From contig NC_045697.1 in the NCBI RefSeq assembly GCF_009834535.1, forward strand, positions 79,238,001-79,302,000: a stretch of 64,000 bases of DNA, written 5' to 3'. Shown here in pieces: positions 51,689 to 64,000 of the stretch (position 1 is its first letter; each line of letters starts with the position of its first letter). The position numbers and the translations under genes were made by a program. A model generated the notes under the pieces. That model searched no databases. It saw only the letters and a list, made by a program, of their open reading frames with translations, and was not told the DNA's origin. Source of the stretch: Camelus ferus (Eukaryota).

Positions 51689-54600
51689 CACAACATATAA
51701 TCTTGATGACAACCCTGCAAGATAGAATGGATTATGCTCGTTTTGCAGATGAAGTGATTGGCTCAGAGAGCTTGAGAGATGCTCCCAAACCATACTACAA
51801 AGTGCGGCTAAGCTGGGATAAGACCCCAGACCTCCACTCTGTGCCACCTCCCTCTACCTGCCACCATCCTTTCATGATGTAGAATCACCTGCCCTGTTTA
51901 TTAAACCAACTTGCTCAGGGGGCAGAATCCAAAAACTTTTAATCTCAACAAATTCATAGATATTTGGAATTAGTTCTTTCTTTTTTGGGTGTATTTGTGC
52001 GACACAAAAGAAAGATTTTTATTATCCCATTGATCAATTTTTTTCTGAATCAGTTGTCTTTAATTTTTTTTATTGCTCATCAGTAAAAACTTTGGAGTAG
52101 GCACCCTGATCCACATTTATTTATTTATTTACATGTGCTATGCATTACTATGTTATATATTTCTATGGGATAAAAATTTAAGAAGAACAAAACAAAAAAA
52201 ATGAATATTTAAAAATAATTCTTAAACTACATTATTGGCACAAGAACCTTTTTGTTCCTGTTAAAGTTGTGATTGAATACATTTAATTATTTTTTAAAAT
52301 CTTGGCTTAGCACTGTGCCTTGAAGATATGGCTAGCATAGTTTATTTCAGTACTTAGTTCCAATGATTGTAACAGTTGAAAAACATTATGTCTCAAAGGG
52401 ATGCAGATCCAAATAAAAGAGGTAGACTGTGATTCCTAATTCATGCTACTCATATCTCAGTTCATCCACCAATTATGAAAAATTGTTTGTTGAAATTCAG
52501 CTTGCAAATTTCCACTTTCCTTAGTGTCAATTGTGTTTTTCTGCAAGGTAATCAGAAGACATTATATTTTAACAAAGGATGTCAAAACCCATTCAAACTC
52601 TTCATTTGGAAGATTTTTAAACAGGTTGAAAATTTCCCATTTGTGTGAGGTTTTTTCCGTATGTGATACTTCATTTTTAGTATGAAAATCACAATGATGA
52701 AAACACCCTCAGCCTCATTATCTGGAAACTGCTTTCAGAATACCTATTACATAACATACTGTTGTTAGCCACTTATCACAGAAAAGGCTGGTAAATTTGG
52801 AGAACTTGTCTGTTTCAATTAGTAATAACGGTACCTCAGACGAACATTGTTGACTACAGTGCTTCCAAAGCACAAAGCTAGCGTTTGTCTGTTTATAAAA
52901 GAAAAATGTCCAAACTCTTCACATTTGACCATTCTTTAAAATCTTTGCCTTGAGATTTTTCTAGTCTTTCTCCCTCTCATTATAGATTACTCTAAAGTAT
53001 CTATGATTTATGTTAACATAATCTGTAAATCTACTTTACCAGTTATAAATAAACTACAATACAATAAGCTAAAAACAGTTCAGTGGGTGAGTTCTCATCA
53101 TCAGCCTCTCCAAGATGAAGAATTCCTCGTGAGTAACCATCTGACATATATGTAAGCAAAGTAAGGGGCTGGGATCTACCCACTTTTTTAAATGTTAGTA
53201 AAGCTTAATTTCTTGCTCACTGGTAAACCTTGGTGTGAACTCTTTGAACTTTGTTTAAAATCTGAGATCTCAGGGATTGATTCCACAGATCTACCCTCAA
53301 CTCGATCTCAAAATAATGTTTTCATTTATTGAACATCTACTAAGTGCTAGTTACTTTACATGTATTTGTCTTTAATTTTCTCTAATCTCTGTGGTATTAT
53401 TATCCTTATTTTATATATAAGAAAGTTGAAATTAAAAAGTTAAGTATCTTACCCAAAATCAAATCGTGCCTCAGTGCAATTCAAGCCCCATTTTAAAAAA
53501 TTTTTTTCCACAATATCCCCCTCTAGGAACTGATTTGACTCACTTTCTCCTAAGAATATGCACAAACAAATTGGCTTCTTTTCCATACACATGTATAATC
53601 TGTCACATTTTGAAAGTATTACCAACTCAATTCTGAAATTTTTTATATTTATTCATCAGGTAAAGAGTAGAAGCAAAATATGTTTCTTTCATGGTTATTG
53701 AAACCCTCCCATCATGCTAGGCATGAATTATTCCCGTTGGCATTGCATCTAAAATTGAAATTTCTGGGCCTCTGGAGTCACTTTCAAGTAGAACATTAAA
53801 AGGGTTTAGGGGTCAGACTCCTAACATTGTCTCTCAGTAGCTCTCCCATTTTATTACTTTGAACACAAGACTAAGGCAGCTTCTCTTCACTCCTTGTATA
53901 AGGCCGTATCTTTGCCTAATATGCTTAAAATGCACATAGCTTAGACTTGGTTGTAACTTCAGTGACTTTTACCAGAGTTTCCAGATGCAAATCAAGGGGC
54001 TGACTGAATCAGGATTACTGGGGTGTGTGGGTGTGTGTGTGTACGCATAGGTAGAGCTAATTTTGGGGGGTGGGGGACTGGGGAGAGAGAATGAGGAAAA
54101 GTGTGGCTTCTAAAAAATAAATATTCCCAAGTTCTGCTATTCAGAGCCTGATTTAGTAGATCTCTATTGAGATCCAAGACCCATATTAGTAAAACATCAC
54201 TATTGAGTCTAATGTACAATCTGGTTGAAGTACTACTATTTTACTCCCCTTTTAAAGTATCTTATTAGTCATTGATAACATGCTTGCAATTGAATAATAT
54301 TTTAGATAAATTATGGAAGCTCATTATTTGAGAGTCTCACAGTGAATCATGAAGACTACTTTGTGATGTGAATAACCAGCCATTCCTTCAGCTGACACTT
54401 CCTAATCTAGTGGTCTGAGATGTTTTTATGAAGTTTTATTAAAAATGGTTACCCTTACTGATTAAACATTTATTTTTGCTTTGCTTATGTAAATGTGATT
54501 CTCTTAGATAATAAAAGTGACAAATCAGTACATTTGTTTCTCTAAGTAAGCATAGCTCTTAAAATTGCAATAGGTGCAATTAAGCTCTCCATCCTTTTGG

Positions 54601-54718
54601 TGATAATTATTACTTTAAGAACAAGTGAAAAACCCTAGGGACAATTGGGTCCAAACAATTCTCTTCATGCTATATATCTGCCACTATTCTAATATGTTTT
54701 TGGTAATAATGATATGAC

Positions 54719-55187
54719 TTTTTAAAAAAAATTTTATTGAAATATAATTGATTTACAATATTATATTAGTTTCAGGTATACAGCAAAGGATTCAGTTATA
54801 TATATGTATTTTCAGGTTATTTTCCATTATAGCTTATTACAAGATACTGAATATAGTTCCATGTGCTATACAGTAAATCCTCATTGCTTATCTATTTTAT
54901 GTATAGCAGTTTGTAACTATTAATCCCATATTCCCAATTTACCTGTCCCCCACCCTTTCCCCTTTGGTAACCATAAGTTTGCTTTCTATGTCTGTGAGTC
55001 TGCTTCTGTTTTGTATATTTTTGATTCATTTGCATTATTTTTTAGATTCCACATGTAAGTGATATCATACAGTATTTGTCTTTCTCTGTCTGACTTACTT
55101 CACTTAGTATGGTAATCTCTAGGTTCATCCATGTTGCTGCAGATGCATTATTTCATTCTTTTTTTCTGGCTGAGTAATTAATATTCC
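54719..55187 (-). mobile_element. L1 3' end
   Basis: ttttattgaaatataattgatttacaat...ggtaaccataagtttg...tagattccacatgtaagtgatatcatacagtatttg...ggctgagta. Confidence 0.88.
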
Positions 55188-55224
55188 AGACAATGTCAAT
55201 CTTGATAAAACTAAGGTGCATAGG

Positions 55225-55370
55225 TAGAGGTTAAGGAAGTTGACCTGGGAACTAGACTGCCTGGGTTTGAATCCAAACGCTGCCCCTTGTTAGTCACCTT
55301 GGGCAACTTCCCTAAACTGTTGGCTTCCATTTTCCTACCTCTGTAGTAGTAGTAATAACAGTACCTGGGA
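55225..55370 (+). mobile_element. MIR SINE
   Basis: agactgcctgggtttgaatcc...caccttgggcaacttccctaa...taataacagtacct. Confidence 0.75.
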
Positions 55371-57922
55371 GGGGCATCTCCCCAGAAGCCCACGTGGTTG
55401 GAATATGGGAGAAATGCATCCTCTTCTTCAACAGATAACTCTTCCTCTAGGGACTCATCTTTTTGGGCTTGCAGTTAATGTGCTGACTCAGATTAGAATC
55501 CTAACTTGTAGTCTAAATATTAAGTTTGAATCTCCAACTCTGCTATTCATCTGTTCTTTGTTTTCTATAAGCCACTCAATCCATTTAGGTGTTTTGTGCT
55601 GTGGCTGCAGCGACCCCCTCCCGCATACTGACTCCTGCAAGCACTTCTTTTCACAGTCATGTAGCTCCCCACCCCCTTCCTGTATCTCACACAAGTTTTA
55701 TACTCTAATATTTATATGGCTTTTTCTCTTTGAAAAAAATCAAAGGGTTTCTTAAAAATTTTTGAAAATCTCATTTAGGTGGAAATTTTCATCTTCAAAG
55801 TGCTTATAGGTTAGATAATATTATGTCTGTCTTTTTCATTATTGCCTTTCCAGTGTTCTATCAGATGCATCCAGGAGATGCTCAGTAAATATTTTATTGA
55901 ATAAATGAATGAATTCCCACTAAATCAATTGGCAGGAATCATTTGCTACATTATAAAGCTTCAGGTGCTTTCCCCTATTGATGGAGTGTATTGCAATGAT
56001 GAGTTCCCTTTCATTTTTGAGATTAAGATCATGGGCCCCAAATCAGTTAGTTCTGTCCAAAGTGTTACATCACCTAACACAGACTTTTGATTTTGATTTT
56101 CACTTTATGGTTATTTCCAGTGGAAAGATCCTTTAAGAAAATATGGTTTTACAGGCATTTTCATAATTAAGAAAGAAAATGAACCCCAATTTCCCAAGCT
56201 TCTCTAGCATTTCTTTATCACTGCACATAATCATGACATTAGCATCACTAAATAATAAATGTTCTCATAAAAATATGGACTTTATGCCCTGATCAAAGTC
56301 TATATGTTTAAAGCCAGCTAGCTCAGAAAATCAAATCACTTCCATATTCCTTTTGTCTGCTTTTATCTTGTTTAGTTATTTGCTGTTTTACTCCCTGAAA
56401 AAAACTTTGCTCTATCAATATTTTCACTTATGCCTCACATAACAAATAAATCATGATCTAAAATCTGAAGTAGTATAAAGGCAGCTATGCATGCATATGT
56501 GAAAATAAGTGAACCAGGGAAACAGCTAGAGGGCCATAAACTAATTCATTTATTCAACAACTATTTATTGAGCCACTTTTCAAGGCACTGAGGCAGCAGC
56601 AGTAAACAAGACAAAGTGCCTGGGCATTAACAGCCAATGTAAATGAAAAGCTTACATTTTTCTGGGAAGACAGGAAATAAAATACACAGATAAACATAAA
56701 ATAAATAAATAAATATGCACACACATACATACATATATATAATGTAAAACTGAAGGGTAAGTGCTATGAAGGCAAATAAAATAGATTCAAGGAAAGGATA
56801 CAACAAGTGTTTATAGATACTATTATTTTAGAGAAATGGTCAGAAAAGTCTTTGAAAGGATAACTGGAGCCCAGATCTGAATGGGGGAGCCTTGCAGATA
56901 GCTGAGGGAACAGCTTTACAGACAGAGGGAACAGTAATTGCAAAGGCAAAGGCACGTGCTTGACTTGAAGTTGAGAGCAGAGTATCAACATTTTTATTTA
57001 ATTTATATTTTAAAGGGATTACTCTGGTTGCTGTGTGAGGAATGTGGAGGAAACAGAGAGAGGACTTGGATGGCAAAGGGAGGGATTCTAGTTCAGAAGC
57101 TGTTGCTAGTATCCAAGCAAGTTTCCAATAATGGATTGACTAAAGTGGTTGCTCTAGAGGGATGAAAAGTGGTCAGATCTTGTGTATATTTTAAAAGAGC
57201 CAACAGCATTTGCTGATGGATTGGATGTAGAGTATGAGAGAAAGAAAAGAGTCACAAACTTGGAGTCAAAATTCTAAAGTTTTGTCCTACGCAAGTTAAT
57301 GGACAGAATATCTTCACTGAGATGGAGGAGAAAGTATTAGGAGAGCAAATAAAAAGTTCTGTCTTACACGTGTTTAGTGTGACATCCAGACAGGGCTGTT
57401 TATTATCCAGGCAATTTCATATACCAGGCAGTATTGCAGGAAAGAGACTCAGGGTGGTATTTAAATTTGGAATTCATCAAAAGAAGTGATATTTGGGGCC
57501 ATGGAACAAAGTAAGTGTAGCTAGAGAAGAGAAGCAGAGAAGCAGCCTTGGGACTGAGTCTTAGGGCCTTCAACATTCAGAGGCTGGAAAAGGACGCTCC
57601 TGCAAAGTGGAGTGAGGAAGAGTAGGCAATGAAGTAGAAAGAAAACCAGGAGACTGTGACGTGCCAGAAGTCACATGAATGAAAAAGTGTGGGATTGTTT
57701 GTCACAGCCAAATGCGTCTAGGAGTTTGAATAAGATGAAGATTAATAAATGGTCATTGGATTTGGAGGTTGTTGGCAACCTTGAAAATAACGGGTTCAGT
57801 GGACGTTTAGGGATGAGAGCTACAGACTGGAGAGAGAATGGGAGGTGAGGAAGCAAAGACAGGGAGTTTAGACAACTCTTTCGAGATTGGCTGTATAAAA
57901 AGGACAGGTGCTGGGGGGAGAA

Positions 57923-58262
57923 TGCTGTGGACTAAGTATTTGAGTCACCCCACCAAATTGATAGGTTGAAATCCTGCCCTTCAAAGTGATGATTTCAGAG
58001 GCAGGGCTTTGGGAAGATGATTAGGCCTTGAGGACAGAGTCCTCATGAGTGGGGTTAGTGCCCTTATAAAAGACGTCCCGGAGAGACACTTAGAAAAGAA
58101 GCCGTCTGTGACCCAGGAAGCAGGCCTCACCAGACGTCAGATCTGCCGGTTACTAGATCTTGGATTTCTCAGCCCCCAGAACTGTGAAAAGTAAATTTCT
58201 ATTGTGTATAAGCTACCTGGTTCATTACGTTTTTGTTATGGCAGCCTGGAAGGACTAAGACA
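57923..58262 (+). mobile_element. MaLR solo LTR (MLT1A-like)
   Basis: TG...CA termini. gttgaaatcc...gtgcccttataaaaga...cagaactgtgaaaagtaaatttct...gcagcc...gactaagaca. Confidence 0.85.
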
Positions 58263-58978
58263 AAGATATACGGTTAAGGGAGGACTTTTTAAGATGGAAG
58301 ATACTATAATATGTATGCTGATGAGAATGATCCAGTAGAGATGAGGAAATTAATGATACAGAAGAGAAAGAAGGTGTTTATAGACATAATGTCCTAGAGT
58401 AAAGAAGACGGGATAGAATTGAGTATATAAGTGGGGAATTGGCCTTAAATATGTCAGTAGGAAAGCAGGCAGGACACGTGGGTTACAACACAAGAGGGCT
58501 GGAAAACCTGGATAAGAGAATAAGGAAGATCTCTTCTCACTATTTTCTTAGTGAAATAAGAATTCAGGCCATCAGATGAGTGTGAGGAGGTTAAAGGGGC
58601 TGTGGGAGCTGGAGAGAAGAGCAAAGATGTAAATGTAACTGGATTGTCAGGCCGTGCTGAGGGCCGACTTCAGGTTATTATCACAAATTTAAAGTATTAT
58701 GGTTGTGTGTTTTTGTCCAGCCACATACACTTGCTTAGGTAGAGAAGCCTAGGTTAGGCAGAGAATTTAGACATAAGTTGAAAATGTTAAGTGACAGTAA
58801 ATAATATTTATCTTCCCCTCCTGTGTTCAGAACCAGCTGAAAGATAGACCTTTATTATTCTAAAACAGATAGGAGAATGTAACTTCAGGTTTTCAGACAA
58901 GTGGGTTGGAAAATTCTTCACTCCAGACTCATCTTGTTGCTGGCAGGCCCCTTCCCTTATTGTAGAATAAGGAGGAAG

Positions 58979-59124
58979 TTTTTTTTTTAATGTATGTTCA
59001 TGTATAACTGAAGCATTATGCTGTCTGTACACCAGAAGTTGAAACATTATAAACTGACTATACTTCAATAGAAATATATATATACAAAAATAAATACATA
59101 AATATTACCAAGAGAGGGAAAAAA
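58979..59124 (+). mobile_element. Short L1 3' end with a poly-T head
   Basis: T10, then an L1 3' terminus (tgtataactgaagcattatgctgt...actgactatacttcaata) and a complex A-rich tail. TSD aaggaggaag at 58969-58978 and 59125-59134. Confidence 0.8.
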
Positions 59125-59269
59125 AAGGAGGAAGACTTGAAGAGAGGAAAGAGGAAGCCCTGAGCCAGATATGCCACTCCCATTGGATATAACTCATTCC
59201 ACCTCTAGCAGGGAGGAGGGAGCAAGTGGGGAGAAAGAGGCAAGTTCTGGGGTTCTTGACTCTGGAATC

Positions 59270-59425
59270 ATTGGAATTGCCTGAGATCATTGGTATTACG
59301 TGGGCATCCTCAAAAGAAATCAGTGCTTGGGTACACTTCCAGAGATTCTGATTTAACATGTCTGGGGTGCCATCTGGGCATCTGGATTTTTAAAAGCCTC
59401 CCTAGGTGATTCTAATGTGAGGCCA
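59270..59425. mobile_element. hAT-Charlie MITE (MER5-like)
   Basis: cagagattctgatttaa...ctggggtg...ctgggcatctggatttttaaaagcctccctaggtgattctaatgtg. Confidence 0.7.
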
Positions 59426-62400
59426 CTTCCCCTTTACAATAAACATGGTTAAATATGCCAGACAAATAGGATAGAAGTAGAAAGTAACAAAGGAGTCAAG
59501 AAGACATTTTTTAAAAGTTGTTGAGTTGATGCACCATGTAATTTAAAGAGGCAAGTAAGGACATAAGGGACTGATGACATAGCAAAAAAGTTGTAGGATC
59601 AGCAGATAGTGTGGATGTCTCCAAAGGGTTGCAGAATTACTGGAGGTGGGCTATCCAGGAAGGGGGCTGCATGAATAGGAGATGAAGCTCAAAGAATCAA
59701 ATGCTTGAATTGAGATTCTGTGATGCCACCAAAATGGCAGGTTCTAAGTTATGACTGACCATGGAGTATGTGACTGAGGTTGAGTATAGAACAAGATCAT
59801 TAGAGGTAAGGAGCCCATGGCCAGGAGGCTGTTGTGCTGGGTGAATTATCAGTGTGGATGCTGAAATCACCAAGAATGATGACTTGAGGCATGATGGCCA
59901 TAGCAACCTGGAGTCTAGAAGAGAGGTGAGGCATGTAGGTCCGCAGGTCCCAGGAGCCATGAGGTTCACCAGAATCCTGGGTAGGTGGTGTCTATTTGGG
60001 TCCTACTTTCTTTTTCTTTCAACAGAGAGCCAACTTCATTCACAGTAGATTTGAGAGAGGGAGGGTGAGAAAGCAGGGACAGATGATCCAAAATGTTATC
60101 ATTAGGTATTGAGAGCGAGAAAAAGATGATAACTATTTACCCCAAGTGCTAGATTCTGCATGTCCATTGGTAAAATGAAGGAAAGATTGATGAAAATGTG
60201 AACAGGCTCTGAGCATAAACCTTAAGAAAGTTAATTTTTCCCCTCTTCCTCCTCCTCACATTTCAGTGGGTGGACAAACACGGAGCATGCCCTGCTTGGT
60301 CTTCCCTTGACCTTGAGTAGTCCATTTTGATGGGTTGACTCTTACTCTGCTTTTATTTTTAATGCATAACTATGCAAGCGTCAATCACTTTTCATTTGTT
60401 TATTCTGCTAATTCCTCACCTCAGGACATACCCCCCCTCCCCTGCCTTTTTCCAGTCTCCCAATTTGCTATGCAGCAATAATTTCCCTTTACACTGCTCC
60501 TGCCAATTGCAATGCCAGATGGCTTCGGTTCTGAGTCCCCTCACCCAGCCCCCCTTGAGAACAGCTGCCATTGTCATTGCTGTGAACACATCGCGGCTTT
60601 GAACCCAGAGCTGGGACCCAAACTTGAAGCTCAGCATTGGGAGGGGCTAGTGCTAATGCAAGGAACCATGAAAACAGCACACACTTTTCCTTGATGCTGT
60701 TCATCAAAAGCCCTTAGAAAAGACTCTTCAGCATTTTTTTCAATCATCTGCGTATTGAAATCTCATTGTGGAGTTTAATTCCTTTACCGCCTGACTCAGC
60801 TTCCTAGCCATGAAGTTCCCTTTCTGCCATAAACTCAATTAGAACCCTGTATTTCCCATCCTGAAAACAGATGTGAAAAAACAACTGATGTGTGTGCACA
60901 TTTGTGTGCCTGTCTCTTTAGAAATCCAGCACACACACTCCCTTATCTACATCCATATATTTTTACTTAAACAGGATCGTTCAACTAGAAAAACATAATT
61001 TGGTGGCTACTTGGACAAGCTTCCTCTTAGGTCAGCCTCTGAGGAAAAGATAAAAGGAATAGAATTCCTGTTTAATTTTTATCTTGAGTTATCCTGTGTT
61101 TGTTCCATCACTAAAATTCTGTTACTATGACACCATCTGAAAAGATTATATTTTTGAGTCCTCTGTGATGGCAGGTCAGTCATGGGCTGAAAAAACCCAA
61201 ACAAAAAGAATCCTGAATCAAATTCCATGTAGACCAATATGCATTTCAAAGGCACTGCCATGTAGTCAGTGGGTTAGGGTTTTTGTGCTGTTTTCTTTTT
61301 CTTTCTTTTTTGGGGAGTGGGGGAGGGAAAGGGACTCTCTTTCATGTTAAGCTAACTGTGCATAACCCAGGCACATTTTACCACGTAGGGAAACTTTCTC
61401 TTTAGCGTCCTTCCCTACCACACACTTGGGCCTCCTTTCATTCCTCTCCTTCTGAAGTCAGAGTGCTCCCCCGGCGTACATTTGGGGGAGATTCCCAGGA
61501 TGGTGATGTATTCTGCTTTGCTGCTGAGGAATTTACTATCCCCTGACTTGGCAGCAAATGAAAGTGGGTATTAATTTCTCAGAGTGCTGGTAGAGACACG
61601 AGAGAGGGACTGCAAGAATGATACCCACCTAAATCTGTATGTCGTGCACAGCATGCCGCCGTTTCAAAAGAGGGAGAGAAAAGACAATGACAAGAAAGAA
61701 AAGATCCTCCTGAGTTGACTTCTCTGCATTTTGCGTCGTTGGTTTTTGGAGAGAGATGCGAGAGGTTCGGGCCCTGAACAGAGTGAAATTATGCAGCTGC
61801 AGGGATGCCAGATCCTCCAGAATAGGGTGCTTCGTTTAGATTTTCCACAATGCTATTGAAGTGCTTATTTTCCTCCTGAAGAGACACAAACAGATGCAAA
61901 CTTCTGTAAACACTTTAGAAATGAATTCAGTGAGTTTGGCCTCTCAGCAGTGCTCAATAGCTGATAGAAAAATGTCTAATTAGTGCAAGTGGAAATAATA
62001 GGGCCACTTGGATTCCTTCCATCCTCCTCCAAGTCTACTTTTCCAAGGAACTCAAAGGGCCTTTGTCTGGCAGGTCACCCTCTCTCAGGCTTTTGTGCTC
62101 CGAACTATTAAGAGTAGAAGGGGGAAAAATAGATGAGGCAATGTTCTTTGCTCAAATATATGGCGTGTTCATGCGGGATGCAGAATGGGGTGTTTGCAGC
62201 ATCCGTTTACAGGTGCTCGGGAGGGATTCCTCCATTGGCAACAGCCAAAAGCAACTCACACGTGCATGCTGAGAAGGCTCCCTTTCAAGAACCAGCTTTC
62301 CTTCACCAACTGCCAGAGAGCCTGCTCATTTTCCTTTTTTCCCCCTGCAGTTTCCAGTAACATCACTCCTTAGACTTGGCGAAGAGAAGAAAGAAATTTT

Positions 62401-62569
62401 AAAAAATGAGAGATTTAACCATTTTCTGAGATAAGCCTTAGAGATGTTATATGCAGGGTCTATTACTTCCTTTTTACTCTATTGAAAATCCCACTGACAT
62501 TTATTTTAGGATCCTGTCTTTGCTTGCTGTTATTTTGTCACAGTAGAGAATGGAAGCACGTGAACTGAG

Positions 62570-62790
62570 TTCGTTTGTTCCGCATCATTTATTAAGCACT
62601 CACAATGTGTCAGGCTCTGTGCTGAGCTTTTGACCTACCTACATTTCCTCTAATCCCTAAAACAGCACTGAAAATAGATATTATGCACATTTCACAGATG
62701 AGGTAACTGAGACTCAGGGTGGTTAAGTGACTTGCTGTGGCAAGCAAATGGAGGAGCTTGGAAGCAATCCAGATACCTATGGTTTCACCT
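62570..62790 (-). mobile_element. MIR SINE
   Basis: catttattaagcactcacaatgtgtcagg...atttcacagatgaggtaactgagactcagggtggttaagtgacttg. Confidence 0.8.
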
Positions 62791-63064
62791 CAGACATTGT
62801 AATTTATCTTTATAAGTTTGATGTGGATCATTTTTTCATATCTCCTGTGTCCCTAATTCCACCTAATTTTTACTCTACCTTTTTGAACTTAGGAAATACA
62901 GTTATAATAATTGTCATTTGGGTTTCAGTTTCTGTTGATTTCTTTTTCCTTTCAGTATGGGCTTCTTTCAAGCTTGGTAATTTTTGCCTGGGTATCAGAC
63001 ATTATAAATACTTATAAGTTGCCAGATAATTTGTGTGCATATAAATATTCTTGAACTTTGTTCT

Positions 63065-63480
63065 AGAACTCAGTCAGGTTAGGAAGTAGTTTGATCAACC
63101 TTGCTTCTAAACTTTCAAAGTCAGCCAAGAACTGTCTTTCCCACCACTGAAGCAATACCCTTCTGAATACTCTACCCGGTGCCCTATGATGACATGATTT
63201 CCTACTCTGACAGGTGGAAACACAAACTATATGAGGCCTAGAGATTGTTTCCTCTGCTTCATCCGGGTGGTTCTTTCCCCAGACTTGGGTGGTGTCTTTC
63301 CGTACATGAGCTGATGAGTAGTTTTCTGCTAAAGACTCGAGGGGGACCCTCTGCAGATCTCTGGATTTCTTGCTTTGTGCAGCTCTCTCCTTCTGGTTCT
63401 CCGCTCTGTTAACTCTGGTCACCTTGGCCTCCCCAGAATCCTGGAAGTTCCATCTCCTCAACTCAGGAAGGCCACCTCCC
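63065..63480 (-). mobile_element. Old L1 5'-region fragment (L1M-like)
   Basis: ccttctgaatactctacc...ggggaccctctgcagatctctgga...ctcctcaactcagg resembles the antisense 5' end of ancient L1M. It accounts for the 132-aa minus ORF. Confidence 0.6.
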
Positions 63481-63907
63481 AGAGGGACCCACTGGACTTT
63501 TACTCAGTGTGAGAAATGTTCAGTTGGAGTAATCCCCATCTAATCATCAAATTATCATTTGGTCTCATGGCAGCAACTTTCACTAGGGAATTCCAAAACA
63601 CTGAAATTAGAGGCCATCTCCTAGAAAGTTTTCTTTCTCTTATTTTTAAATACACAGCAAGAATACTTTTTCAATTGGGATTTGTTTTTATTTTCCCTTG
63701 GTTTTTTTTTTTTCTTAGAATTTTCTCATCATAATAAAGGATATGTGTTCCTTAGAGCCACTATTTGGACTTAGTGAATGGTGAGTTCAGCCCTAGCTCC
63801 AAAGACCTGGATTCCTATGCCCAGATTAAGCCCTGCTCAGAATCACCTTGGTCAGACCACAGGAGGAAAGCAGAAGAAAAACTGACCCTCAAGAGACTTG
63901 AGTTCCT

Positions 63908-64000
63908 CAAGTGTTAGCTGAGGATGTGGAGAAACTGAAACTCTGTGCACTGTTGGTGGTATTGTAAAATGGTATGAACTCTATGGAAACAGTATGGAGG
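63908..64000 (+). mobile_element. L1 ORF2 3' fragment, runs off the window edge
   Basis: gaggatgtggagaaactgaaactc...tgttggtggtattgtaaaatggt...ctatggaaacagtatggagg. Confidence 0.75.

Larger units (their letters stand above)
56545..59930 (-). mobile_element. Long L2 LINE remnant with nested MLT1A, L1 and MER5 insertions
   Basis: Begins with the antisense L2 3' end ttcatttattcaacaactatttattgagc. Continues with ttttaaagggattactctggttgctgtgtg, tttgctgatggattggatgt and ggatgctgaaatcaccaagaatgat. Confidence 0.75.

Noticed and set aside
63063..63461. 132-aa minus-strand ORF
   Set aside because: It overlaps an ancient L1 5'-region fragment and is most likely a chance open frame.

Overview
AT-rich, repeat-rich mammalian genomic DNA. 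It is probably camelid: it has short tRNA-derived Vic-1-like SINEs and young L1 3' ends, and I saw no Alu, Bov-tA/BovB or PRE1. The window lies inside ALPK1 (alpha-kinase 1, the cytosolic ADP-heptose receptor upstream of TIFA/NF-kB) on the + strand. Only two exons are supported. The first coding exon spans 37051-37282 (ATG at 37162, 121 coding nt) and the next spans 41579-41733 (155 nt). They splice in frame to give residues 1-92 of the N-terminal domain. The promoter, earlier 5'UTR exons and later coding exons were not found and probably lie outside the window. The rest is intronic: L1, L2, MIR, ERVL/MaLR, hAT and Tigger remnants, separated by repeat-poor blocks with neural-type TF motifs (candidate enhancers; NEUROG2 is the known neighbouring gene in mammals). 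I see no new multi-gene system. The best leads are (1) a uORF that an alternative 3' splice site could switch on or off, (2) a cryptic in-frame terminal exon with a poly(A) signal just after the first coding exon, (3) a near-perfect 65-nt hairpin 1 kb upstream of that exon, (4) three independent young insertions at almost the same position of three different MIR copies, and (5) an unexplained ~240-bp insert between ~50-bp direct repeats. Repeat family names come from recalled consensus sequences, not from a search.
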